Origin: a candidate division Kazan bacterium GW2011_GWA1_50_15 | GTDB taxonomy: Bacteria; Patescibacteriota; Kazan-3B-28 | DNA: 64,000 nt | NCBI GenBank assembly: GCA_001029795.1 | Contig: CP011216.1 | Location: 350,767 to 414,766 of the forward strand | Reading direction: 5' to 3' | Shown: piece after piece, positions 17,511 to 26,342 of the stretch | How positions within the stretch are numbered: position 1 is the stretch's first letter | How the letters are laid out: every line of letters starts with the position of its first letter | Program-made: the position numbers and the translations under genes | Notes under the pieces: generated by a model | The model's database searches: none | Seen by the model: only the letters and a program-made list of their open reading frames with translations | What the model was told of the DNA's origin: nothing

Positions 17511-18938
17511 ATGGATAGCGTGGGGAACAAACATCCGCAAAATCATATACAACGCGTCATTGGCCTGATTGGCCTACTTTTGGTTTTGGGCAGTGGGACA
17601 AACACCTCTCCTACCGGCGCCGCCTCCACCGGCAGTATCGGTGTCGTCCCGGCTTTTCCCGACCCTGCCATTCAGTTGTCTAAAAGTTGGTTTTTATATG
17701 AGGTTGATCCGGGGGCGACGATCGAGGACACGGCTCGAATAACTAATCGGGGTGAGAGCGAGATGCGTATCAATCTCGAGGCGCTGGATGCATTTATGAC
17801 CCCGGACGGGTCTTTCGCGTTGGCCGGCGCAACCAATGAAAATCAAGATATTGGCACTTGGGTGGAGTTGGAAACCGGAGAAGTGACCGTTCCGGCCGGA
17901 CAGGCCAAGCTGGTAAAATTTAAAATTACTGTACCTCAAGATGCCGAGGTGGGTGACCACATTGGCGGGCTGGCTGTGCAAAAAATGACCGATGAGCCGG
18001 ACATCACCTTAAAAAGCGGTGGCACCCAGCTGGGTATTGTTACGCGGGCCGGGGCGCGCATCTATCTGACCGTCAAAGGCGACATCCAGCGTAGTCTGCG
18101 TTTGACTGGCCGTTCGCTAGTCAGCCGAAACGACAAAATGGTTCTTCGCTTGCGTTGGGATAACCGTGGCAATGTCCGAGCGACTCCAGAACTGGTCGAG
18201 GGACGCATCTGGGGTATCTTTGGTCTGTACGACCGGGTGGAGAATACCGACTTGGGCGAGATATTCCCCCACAAAAGCACGATCAAAGAGACCGTCTGGC
18301 CCGGCAAGAACCGGCCGCTGTTCGGTCCGTTTTTGGCCCGGCTCACAATTCAGGATACATTTGTGGGCCTTAACCCCGCCAGCCCACTGCCTGCCACCCA
18401 GCCGATGACGGTCTGGCTGTTCGTCTTCTTTGTTCCCTACCTTCAGCTACTGGTTATTTTGGCGGTTCTCTTTCTACTCTGGTGCGCCTGGCAGTTCCGC
18501 CGCTGGCAGTATTTAATCCAACTAGCCGGATGCCCGGTAGTGGCCTATCGCGTCAAGAGGAGCGACCATCTCGTGGGTGTGGCCGAGCGATATGGTCTGA
18601 ACTGGAAACTGCTGGCCCGGCTGAATAATCTGAAGCCACCATATAGCTTGCATAATGTGGCGAATCTCTATCTCCCAGATGCTCGGGGCCGTAGGCGGCC
18701 AGCGGAGGTGCCAAACTTTTTCCGATACCTTATTGGCCCGCTAACTAATTTCATCAACCGCGGGAAATCGCATTATACTATTGTTATAGAGCGGGGTGAT
18801 ACTGCCAAAACGGTCACAAAGTTCACGCATATGCCTTGGGCTGAAATATTAGCTTATAATCACCTGAAGATCTCTGCTCGCCCAAAAGTAGGGATGGAGC
18901 TGAAAGTCCCCCGGCGACAGCGGAAGCGCTTCCGCTAG
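17511..18938 (+). CDS. DUF916/DUF3324-type cell-surface protein with a membrane anchor and two LysM domains (paralog of 15173..16573)
   Basis: SWFLYEVDPGATIEDTARITNRGESEMRINLEA DUF916 core, the same TM segment followed by RRWQ, then two LysM-like units (YRVKRSDHLVGVAERYGLNWKLLARLN and IVIERGDTAKTVTKFTHMPWAEILAYN). Confidence 0.6.
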   Translation: MDSVGNKHPQNHIQRVIGLIGLLLVLGSGTNTSPTGAASTGSIGVVPAFPDPAIQLSKSWFLYEVDPGATIEDTARITNRGESEMRINLEALDAFMTPDGSFALAGATNENQDIGTWVELETGEVTVPAGQAKLVKFKITVPQDAEVGDHIGGLAVQKMTDEPDITLKSGGTQLGIVTRAGARIYLTVKGDIQRSLRLTGRSLVSRNDKMVLRLRWDNRGNVRATPELVEGRIWGIFGLYDRVENTDLGEIFPHKSTIKETVWPGKNRPLFGPFLARLTIQDTFVGLNPASPLPATQPMTVWLFVFFVPYLQLLVILAVLFLLWCAWQFRRWQYLIQLAGCPVVAYRVKRSDHLVGVAERYGLNWKLLARLNNLKPPYSLHNVANLYLPDARGRRRPAEVPNFFRYLIGPLTNFINRGKSHYTIVIERGDTAKTVTKFTHMPWAEILAYNHLKISARPKVGMELKVPRRQRKRFR

Positions 18939-19007
18939 CGTTGTGTCATTGACGCACTAAACTGAGTAGCTGTCTTAATAACATAGTACTTTACGATAAT
19001 CATGCTA

Positions 19008-19040
19008 ATAAAAACGGCGAGTTTTAATCGCCGTTTTTTA
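19008..19040. terminator. bidirectional rho-independent terminator between convergent genes
   Basis: AAAACGGCGA-gtttta-TCGCCGTTTTTT, with an A-run on one side and a T-run on the other. Confidence 0.65.
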
Positions 19041-19107
19041 ATGAGCTAACTTCGTATCATCGGTCTGTAAGAGCCGAAAACCCCATCTGTATGATTTCAA
19101 CAACAGG

Positions 19108-21009
19108 CTAAGGGAACCTTATGAGAAGTGCTGAACTGACGCTCGTAAACTCATCCTCAACCCCAACTGGAGTATTCTCGATGCCGTTCGGAATATCCAC
19201 CGTCCCAGTTGGAATGGCTAGAATCTCGGCAGGAACGGTTTCAGCACCGCTGGGTGTGTTACCCACTACTGCATCGAGGGTGGAGAATTGACCGTAGGCA
19301 TCACTGGCTCTGCCAACCAAATAAACCTGGCCGTCTGGGGTAGACATAATGCCGAGCGCTTGGCTGCCCCATTCGCCATACCAAATCTGATGCGACAACA
19401 TGTTTCCCAGCTGCGAATACGTGGAGAGAGATATGCTACCCCCCACGTTGCCAGCGACTAAAACATTACCACCGCTTTCTATGGTCACCCCGTGTGCGTA
19501 GTCGTCACCTGCCATACCCCATGTCCTCTGCCAAACCAAATCACCAGACGGCGAATATTTCACGAGAAATGCTTCATTCTCGTAGTAATTTCTACCAAAG
19601 CTGGTAGTGTATCCTACTGCGTAGATATCTCCGCTGGGGTCAACTGTGACTGCGGTTGCCAAATCACTGATGCTACCGCCCCATGTCTTTTGCCACAGGA
19701 AATCGCCGGAGGGCGAGCACACAACCACAAATGCATCATCTTGGCCGGCCCCAAAACTCCATGTACGACCGACCACAACAATGCGATTGTTAGCGTCAAC
19801 CGCGATGCCGAACGCCCTATCATTACCGGCTCCACCCCATATGCGTTGCCAAAGCAGGTCGCCTGCCGGAGAAATTCTCACTAAAAACGCATTCTCATCG
19901 TCTGACCCTAAAACACGTGTGACGCCGGCTATGTAGATGGACCCTGATTCATCCAACGCGATGGCGTACCCCTCGTCTCGGCTATTGTTGTTACTCCACA
20001 TCCTCTGCCAAAGCAAATCGCCTGATGGTGAGTATTTGAGAATTACTACGTTGACATCACCACCGATAACGCAGCGCCCTACTACATATATATTCCCCTC
20101 TGTGTCGATTGCAATGTCACCTCCTTCATCAGCAGATGGGGTACCCCATGTTTTTACCCAAAGTAGCTGGCCATCAGACGAGTAGTTTAGCACTAGGACA
20201 TCAGAGCCACCGGCTCCAAAGCTGGACGTCCCGCCAGTTGTGCAGATATTGCCATTTATACCAACTGCAACCGCCCCGGCTCCGTCGGACAACGGCCCTC
20301 CCCATGTGTGAGCCCATGTTGGAGCAGTAATCATTGACGACTGTGTCCCAACTGCATTTTCGTCATCGGTGATACGAAGAAGCGTTGTGTAGGTACCTAC
20401 CGAAGTGTAGGTGTGGACCATTTCACCCTGAGTGCCGGTAAAGTCTAGGAAGATGCCATCACCCAAATCCCACTCCCATTTGACGATGGAACCGTCAGGG
20501 TCGTAAGAACTAGCGGCTGAAAAAGTTACTTTCAATGGAGTCGAACCGGATACCGGACCAACATTGGCAATGGCAATTGGATTGGCATTCAACCCATCAG
20601 CCAGAGTGATCTGGATGTGAGCTATGTCTTTCTTGCCTTCACTGTCCGTTACTCTTAAATGAGCGGTATAGACACCGGCTACTGTATAGGTATGCCAAGC
20701 ATCTCCCTCAGTTTCAGTATAGTCATGCCAACCACCTTGACCTTCCTCTTCATCGGCAAAGTTCCACTCCCAAGAGATAATGCTATCTCCCTCTGGGTCA
20801 TAGGAACCACCATCCATGAAGTGAACCGTCAAGGGCACTCCCCCCGAGGTGGGGGTAGCCGCTGGAACGGCAATGGGTTTGCCATTGCCGCCTTGGATGT
20901 GGCGGGTAGGAGCTGAAGCTGCCGGCTCATCCGGAACGGTCTGACGCTGGGTCTTGGAGCAAGCTCCCAGAACCAACAGACATACCAACGCAACCAATAT
21001 CTTCTTCAT
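19108..21009 (-). CDS. lipoprotein with two PKD domains and SBBP-type beta-propeller repeats
   Basis: An AAGGAGG SD sits 7 nt before MKKILVALVCLLVLGAC (lipobox LGAC). There are two PKD-like units (WEWNF..GDG.., WEWDLGDG) and then about 8 repeats of the GDLLWQ(R/K)TWGG SBBP motif. Confidence 0.6.
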   Translation of the reverse strand: MKKILVALVCLLVLGACSKTQRQTVPDEPAASAPTRHIQGGNGKPIAVPAATPTSGGVPLTVHFMDGGSYDPEGDSIISWEWNFADEEEGQGGWHDYTETEGDAWHTYTVAGVYTAHLRVTDSEGKKDIAHIQITLADGLNANPIAIANVGPVSGSTPLKVTFSAASSYDPDGSIVKWEWDLGDGIFLDFTGTQGEMVHTYTSVGTYTTLLRITDDENAVGTQSSMITAPTWAHTWGGPLSDGAGAVAVGINGNICTTGGTSSFGAGGSDVLVLNYSSDGQLLWVKTWGTPSADEGGDIAIDTEGNIYVVGRCVIGGDVNVVILKYSPSGDLLWQRMWSNNNSRDEGYAIALDESGSIYIAGVTRVLGSDDENAFLVRISPAGDLLWQRIWGGAGNDRAFGIAVDANNRIVVVGRTWSFGAGQDDAFVVVCSPSGDFLWQKTWGGSISDLATAVTVDPSGDIYAVGYTTSFGRNYYENEAFLVKYSPSGDLVWQRTWGMAGDDYAHGVTIESGGNVLVAGNVGGSISLSTYSQLGNMLSHQIWYGEWGSQALGIMSTPDGQVYLVGRASDAYGQFSTLDAVVGNTPSGAETVPAEILAIPTGTVDIPNGIENTPVGVEDEFTSVSSALLIRFP

Positions 21010-21182
21010 GTTAAAGAACCTCCTTGGGGGATTCCCCCTAGAGAACAAAACACCTAGCAGATGAGATTAGCTAGGCGAGGAGAGTATATTTTATACCCAT
21101 CAGTTCGTCAAGAGTCGAATTATTTATGTTAACTATCCCATCAAGCGACAACAATAGATAGATTTTGGTACTATAATTGTAG

Positions 21183-22772
21183 ATGATATCCAATATACGA
21201 TTGATCGATCGAAACCAGTCCTCTCATCATTGGCGATGGTTAGCTTGGTGGTTAATAATTGTGGTGATTATGGTTGCTGCTGTATTTCCGCCCCGCCCCG
21301 CTCGAGCGGCTGACCCAAATATGGTTATCTTTATGGATTGGGCGGACTTGGGTGCCACTCCGATCGGCTGGACAGTCGTATCTGATAGTGGTGACACCTT
21401 TTACAATAAGTATGTTATGGCGAGTAACACTTATGAGTCGACTGGCGGGAACCCTACTCACACTCACACCCTCGCTATCGTTGATAGCGGCGCCACCAAT
21501 GACTCCGGCAACAACATCGACAAGGGCGGTACCGGCACTACCGTTTCCGAGCAGTCCCACACTCACGCCGCGTTAGCCAGCTCCTCCATCACTCCAGACA
21601 ACAACTTGCCAAATTATCGCTCTTTGGCTGTCTTGGAATACACTACTGGCGGCATCCCCTCCACTCTGCCAGACAACGCCATTGTCATGCGAGAAGATAC
21701 TACTCTGGTTGGTAACTGGGAGCTCTATAGCGCCAACGACGCCCGTTTAGTGCGTGGTAGTAACTCTACTGCCAATGGTGGCGATAATAATCCCACCCAC
21801 ACCGTGGCTTCCGGTCTGGGAGCCGGCGGTACCAGCCGAGTCGCCGGTGCTGGCGGTACTGCCCGCGCCACCGTCACCCACACCCACGCCGCCGGCAGTG
21901 GCGTGGCAAGTAATGGGCCTGACATTATTCCGCCATATAATGAATTGGTCTTTGTCCGTGCCACTGCCGCCATCACCTCCCTCCCCGACCAGATGATAGC
22001 CGGATTCTCCGGTACCGCTTTTGATTCTGGTGATTGGACAGTAGTATCTGCATCTAGTGGCACTGCCGAACAGACCAAATACTATAGCCGATTTTTGATG
22101 GGCGATAGTTCCGGTACTTTGACTATTGATGGCGGTGGCCTCACCCATAGCCATGCCAATGTGGACATTAGCACTGGCACACCGACCGGGTCGGCCAACT
22201 ACGATGTTGCTCCGTCCAACGGCACCGCCGCCACTACCGGCCATGTCCATACGGGAGTGACTATCTCGCTGGAAGCCAATGTGAACCATGTTCCCGAATA
22301 CGCTACACTAGTGCTGGCGCAATATACCCAACCCGCCTCTTTGAGTATTAACTCTGAATCTACTCTTGTAGACTTAGGCGAGAGCAACCCAGGAGTGACC
22401 ACAGCTGACTACACTTTTAGCACTAGTGAGGAGATCATTGTGGATTCCACTGATTATGCTACTTGGAGCTTGACTGTCGATGCGACAGATTTTATTTCCG
22501 GCATTAAGATTATTGCGGATGACAGGTTTGATCTAGCCACTAACGGTAATCTTGGCACAGAACCAACCCTAATAGCCGTCGTCGGGTCAGGAACCGTGAC
22601 TGAAGTGAATAATGGTTATGCTAATTTCAATTCAACTCAATCTCTTGCTAGTCTGTCTGGCGGATCAGGATCTATTACGGCAACGGTCAGGCCTACGATT
22701 CGGGTCAGAATCCCAGCAGATGCCGAGCTTGCCAATGACTACCTATCCTTGGTGGACTTCACGGTTGTATAG
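21183..22772 (+). CDS. secreted Gly/Thr/His-rich triple-repeat protein (His-box repeats; phage tail-fibre-like or adhesin-like?)
   Basis: N-terminal signal anchor followed by three roughly 85-aa repeats, each with (N)PTHTH ... SHTHA / THTHA / HSHAN...GHVHT and ending (I/L/V)P(N/P/E)Y..L. The C-terminal roughly 150 aa is non-repetitive. Confidence 0.5.
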   Translation: MISNIRLIDRNQSSHHWRWLAWWLIIVVIMVAAVFPPRPARAADPNMVIFMDWADLGATPIGWTVVSDSGDTFYNKYVMASNTYESTGGNPTHTHTLAIVDSGATNDSGNNIDKGGTGTTVSEQSHTHAALASSSITPDNNLPNYRSLAVLEYTTGGIPSTLPDNAIVMREDTTLVGNWELYSANDARLVRGSNSTANGGDNNPTHTVASGLGAGGTSRVAGAGGTARATVTHTHAAGSGVASNGPDIIPPYNELVFVRATAAITSLPDQMIAGFSGTAFDSGDWTVVSASSGTAEQTKYYSRFLMGDSSGTLTIDGGGLTHSHANVDISTGTPTGSANYDVAPSNGTAATTGHVHTGVTISLEANVNHVPEYATLVLAQYTQPASLSINSESTLVDLGESNPGVTTADYTFSTSEEIIVDSTDYATWSLTVDATDFISGIKIIADDRFDLATNGNLGTEPTLIAVVGSGTVTEVNNGYANFNSTQSLASLSGGSGSITATVRPTIRVRIPADAELANDYLSLVDFTVV

Positions 22773-22815
22773 GCCTGCCAATATCCAGTATCTGGCCAAC
22801 CTCCCCCTAGTGCGC

Positions 22816-22879
22816 ATCCCCTCCGGACGCCGAGCTGGTCTCTGACTATCTCTCGCTCTTGACCTTCACCGTCGTCTAA
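22816..22879 (+). pseudogene. decayed orphan copy of the 3' end of the 21183..22772 gene
   Basis: About 70% nucleotide identity to 22710..22772. It opens after a TAG and encodes CASPPDAELVSDYLSLLTFTVV* versus the native IPADAELANDYLSLVDFTVV*. Confidence 0.5.
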
Positions 22880-22884
22880 CCCCA

Positions 22885-23035
22885 CCGCTGTCTCTAACCC
22901 CTCCACTGCCTCATCTGCCTCATATGCCCCCTCGTCTGTTCTGCGTCTATTGCCTCATCTGTGTCATCTGCCTCGTCTGTATCATCTGTTCTGCATCTTC
23001 TGTTCTGCATCTATGGTTATCCCCAATGGGTTTAC
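22885..23035. repeat. degenerate ~9-bp pyrimidine-rich tandem repeat (YYTCRTCTG)n
   Basis: At least 11 units such as CCTCATCTG, TGTCATCTG, CCTCGTCTG and TATCATCTG. They are responsible for the artefactual Cys-rich N-terminal extension of ORF 22924. Confidence 0.6.
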
Positions 23036-23085
23036 TCTCAAACGGCCGTTTGAGAGTAAACCCAGAGAGAGTATACTTTAGTCAT

Positions 23086-23610
23086 ATGCGGGGAAGACGA
23101 TGGGAACTCACCAAGGATATTTTACTCACTGTCGCGGCGACGGGAGGTTTTATGCTAATTGCCATGGCTGCCCCCGGCGCATTGCGCATCTTCGCTCCGC
23201 TAATCAAGAAATACCGACGAGGTGCGTTTACCCCCGCTCATTTCAGACACAAGCTACACTGCTTGCACGATCAGGGGTTGATTAACATTAGTGAAACGGG
23301 CGGCAAGACGCGTATATCTCTAACTAAAGCTGGTCGGACTCGGATATTGGAGTACGAAGTCGACACTATGGAGATACCCAAACGGGTGCCCTGGGACGGC
23401 CAGTGGCGATTTGTTATCTTTGATATCCCAGAAAAGAAAAAACTGGCCCGCAATGTGTTCAGGGAAAAACTGCGCGCTCTGGGATTTGTAAAGGTCCAAC
23501 AAAGCGTCTGGCGTCATAAATACCCCTGCCAATCTCAAATCGAGTTCCTGGTCCGCCTCTACCAAATCCATCGGTATGTCGACTTGGTGGAGGGTAAACA
23601 AACCCTTTAA
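23086..23610 (+). CDS. winged-helix plus Cas2-like-fold protein (PaaX-like architecture); orphan, no CRISPR array nearby
   Basis: The ATG at 23086 lies 8 nt after a TATACT -10 element. The N-terminus has a hydrophobic helix and a wHTH-like segment (HKLHCLHDQGLINISETGGKTRISLTKAGRTRI). The C-terminus reads FVIFDIPEKKKLARNVFREKLRALGFVKVQQSVW, matching the beta-alpha-beta core pattern of Cas2/VapD-fold proteins. Confidence 0.4.
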   Translation: MRGRRWELTKDILLTVAATGGFMLIAMAAPGALRIFAPLIKKYRRGAFTPAHFRHKLHCLHDQGLINISETGGKTRISLTKAGRTRILEYEVDTMEIPKRVPWDGQWRFVIFDIPEKKKLARNVFREKLRALGFVKVQQSVWRHKYPCQSQIEFLVRLYQIHRYVDLVEGKQTL

Positions 23611-23614
23611 CCAT

Positions 23615-23655
23615 GTGCCGTGAGGGAAAACGGCCGTTTTTCTTCACGGCACAGA
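23615..23655 (+). terminator. rho-independent terminator (nested palindrome)
   Basis: GTGCCGTGA ... AAAACGGCCGTTTT ... TCACGGCAC. Confidence 0.5.
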
Positions 23656-23799
23656 TACTCTACCGGGCGCTGGACTAGGTTCGCTGGGCCAGATTGTGGT
23701 ATCGAGCATTGTGTCAGCGTCAAGTCAAATTGTGTCAAATCAAGACAACGAGTGGGATAAATAGCATCTCGGATAGAGGTTTTTATGTAGAATAGGAGC

Positions 23800-24810
23800 A
23801 TGGGACTACACGACAAAATATATATCTATCTGGGAATACTATTGTTGCTGGGTGGGGGGTGGTTCGCGACCCGCACCGACTCGCCGCTGGGCGAGGTAGC
23901 TGGCCAGTTAACCACCACCATTACCGTCATCGCTGGCGGGGATGTGAATTTGGGGCGGCAGACCGGACAAAAGATTTTGGCCGGCGAGGTTGATTACCCA
24001 TTCGCGCTGATGGGCGACACTCTGAAATCCGCCGATATCGCTTTTGTGAACCTTGAGAGCCAGCTGGCAGACCTAGGCGGCGAGACCCAATCCCCCACCA
24101 ACGAATACCGGTTTGCCGGACCACCGGAGGGGGCGAAAAGTTTAGCCAACGCCGGGATTGATATTGTGTCGGTGGCCAACAACCATATGTGGGACTATGG
24201 TAAGACCGCCCTACAAGAGACACTGCGCAATTTGAGCGGTGCCGATGTTGCCTATGTGGGAGCGAATTTAGATCCTTCGCTGGTCTGGTCACCGAGGATT
24301 TTGGAGGTGAAGGGCAAGAAGATCGCTTTCTTGGCGATGACCAACTTACTAAACGGGTATGAGAACTCTGGCGCCGCCAACTATGTCGCCTTCCAAAATG
24401 GCTCTCGGCTAGTGGAAGAAATTCAAAAAATCAGGAACGAGGTTGACTGGGTGCTGGTGTCTCTACACAGCGGCGCCGAATATTCCGCCGCGCCGAGTTC
24501 TGCAATGGTCAAGATGGCGCACGAGTTGATTGACGCGGGCGCAGACGCGATTTTGGCCGGTCATCCCCATGTCCCCCAGCCAATCGAGATTTATAACGAA
24601 AAACCGATATTTTACTCGTTGGGTAATTTTGCTTTCTGGCAGCCATTCGATTTTTGGACTCAACACTCGTTTTTGGCCAAATTAAAACTGATTACTCCAC
24701 ACCAGGTGGAGTACGAAATTATCCTCGTTAACTCCGGCTGGCAACCCTTGGTTTTGACTGACGCTAGTACCATTGAACAACTCATGGCCCGACTGAATCA
24801 AAACGAGTAA
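23800..24810 (+). CDS. CapA-family poly-gamma-glutamate synthesis / metallophosphatase-like protein
   Basis: VANNHMWDYG, SLHSGAEY and GHPHVPQ motifs of the CapA/PgsA (YwtB) family; N-terminal TM anchor; 336 aa. Confidence 0.75.
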   Translation: MGLHDKIYIYLGILLLLGGGWFATRTDSPLGEVAGQLTTTITVIAGGDVNLGRQTGQKILAGEVDYPFALMGDTLKSADIAFVNLESQLADLGGETQSPTNEYRFAGPPEGAKSLANAGIDIVSVANNHMWDYGKTALQETLRNLSGADVAYVGANLDPSLVWSPRILEVKGKKIAFLAMTNLLNGYENSGAANYVAFQNGSRLVEEIQKIRNEVDWVLVSLHSGAEYSAAPSSAMVKMAHELIDAGADAILAGHPHVPQPIEIYNEKPIFYSLGNFAFWQPFDFWTQHSFLAKLKLITPHQVEYEIILVNSGWQPLVLTDASTIEQLMARLNQNE

Positions 24811-24824
24811 TGTAGAATAAACCT

Positions 24825-26342
24825 ATGGGGGTAGTAACGCTGGCAAAAATTCAGAGCGCGGCGGTGCTGGGACTCTCGGCCGTGCCGGTAGAGGTGGAGG
24901 TGGACATCAGCAACGGTCTGCCGTTATTTAAGATTGTCGGCCTGCCGGACAAAGCGGTGGAGGAAGCTAAAGAGCGGGTCCGCTCGGCCATTAAAAATTC
25001 GGGGATGCATATGCCGGACAAGCGCATCACGGTAAATTTAGCGCCGGCTGATGTCAAAAAAATTGGACCGGCCTATGACCTGCCCATCGCGGTGGGACTC
25101 TTGGTAGCCTCTGGCCAAATCAACTTGCCAGATGAGGACTCGGTCTTCATCGGCGAACTGGCCTTAAACGGCGCCGTGCGGCATACCAACGGAGTGCTGG
25201 CTATCGCTTCATCCACCGCTAAAATCGGCCAAGCCACGGTCTATGTCCCCCGCCCTAACGCCGACGAGGCGGCTTTGGTGAAAGGCACGACGACTATTCC
25301 TGTCACAACACTCAAGGATCTGATTTTGCACTGCCGGCAAGAGAAGATGATTTTGCCGTATCCGCACAAAGATATTGTGCCAGTCCCGCCCTCGCCTTTA
25401 TTTGATATGAGTCACATCGCCGGCCAAGAACAGGCCAAGCGAGCATTAGAAATAGCCGCGGCTGGCGGACATAATATTCTAATGACTGGCCCGCCCGGGA
25501 GCGGCAAAACAATGCTAGCCCAAGCCCTGCCCGGAATTCTACCGGATATGGCCACCGAAGAAATTTTGGAACTAACCAATATTCATAGCGTGGCGGGGAT
25601 TTTGGGCAACCAACCGTTTGTGTCTACCCGTCCATTCCGCAGTCCGCACCACACTTCGTCGTATGTGGCTCTGATCGGCGGCGGCAACTGGCCCCAGCCG
25701 GGCGAGGTGTCGCTGGCCCACCGCGGGGTGTTATTCTTGGACGAACTGCCCGAATTCCCCCGGCAGGTCTTGGAGGTCCTGCGTCAGCCGTTGGAGGAAG
25801 GAGCGGTGCATATCGCCAGAGCCGCCGGCAAAGTGTCCTTCCCGGCCCGATTTATGCTGGTGGCGGCCAAGAATCCTTGTCCTTGCGGCTACTACAATGA
25901 CCCTGAACGGCAGTGTACCTGCTCGGCCGGGCAGATCGAGACCTACAACCGTCGCATCTCTGGGCCGCTCTTGGATCGGATCGATATTCATATTGAGGTC
26001 CCGCGGGTAGAATACGACAAACTCCGCCGGCCAGAGGCGGCTGAATCGTCCACCAGCGTGCGCCAGCGGGTCAGCTCGGCTCGAGCCGTCCAAGCCAAGC
26101 GATTCGCCGGCTCCCCCACCCTGACCAATGCCGAGATGACGACAGACGAGCTGAAAGCATTCTGCGCGTTAGACGAAGCAGGGGAGAGTTTGCTCGAAAG
26201 CGCGGTGCGCACTTATTTCTTGTCGCCCAGAAGTTTCACGCGGATATTAAAATTGGCCCGCACCATCGCGGACCTATCATCCTCCCTCGCCATCCAGCCC
26301 CAGTATTTGGCAGAAGCGATCCGCTACAAAATAGTCGAATAG
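24825..26342 (+). CDS. comM: YifB/ComM-family Mg-chelatase-like AAA+ ATPase
   Basis: N-terminal Lon-like domain (AYDLPIAVGLL), Walker A GPPGSGKT, Walker B LFLDEL, and the C4 zinc cluster CPCGYY..C.C; 505 aa. Confidence 0.85.
   Translation: MGVVTLAKIQSAAVLGLSAVPVEVEVDISNGLPLFKIVGLPDKAVEEAKERVRSAIKNSGMHMPDKRITVNLAPADVKKIGPAYDLPIAVGLLVASGQINLPDEDSVFIGELALNGAVRHTNGVLAIASSTAKIGQATVYVPRPNADEAALVKGTTTIPVTTLKDLILHCRQEKMILPYPHKDIVPVPPSPLFDMSHIAGQEQAKRALEIAAAGGHNILMTGPPGSGKTMLAQALPGILPDMATEEILELTNIHSVAGILGNQPFVSTRPFRSPHHTSSYVALIGGGNWPQPGEVSLAHRGVLFLDELPEFPRQVLEVLRQPLEEGAVHIARAAGKVSFPARFMLVAAKNPCPCGYYNDPERQCTCSAGQIETYNRRISGPLLDRIDIHIEVPRVEYDKLRRPEAAESSTSVRQRVSSARAVQAKRFAGSPTLTNAEMTTDELKAFCALDEAGESLLESAVRTYFLSPRSFTRILKLARTIADLSSSLAIQPQYLAEAIRYKIVE

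Noticed and set aside
19492-22402. Internal or antisense ORFs in the PKD/SBBP lipoprotein and His-box repeat genes (19492..19884+, 19614..19835-, 19646..19936+, 19937..20185+, 20109..20330+, 20659..20916+, 21252..21566-, 21274..21576+, 21725..22078-, 21747..22289-, 21754..21996+, 22199..22402-, 22612..22845+)
   Set aside because: They are shadow frames of repeat-rich genes, with no independent signals.
22924-23085. N-terminal 54 codons of track ORF 22924..23610 (MPPRLFCVYCLICVICLVCIIC...)
   Set aside because: They are the translation of the degenerate 9-bp tandem repeat. A TATACT -10 element and the ATG at 23086 give a shorter, more plausible gene.
23086-23610. CRISPR-Cas locus suggested by the Cas2-like fold
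   Set aside because: No direct-repeat/spacer array and no cas1 or other cas gene anywhere in the window. The only repeats nearby are 9-bp microsatellite units. Treated as an orphan Cas2-fold protein.
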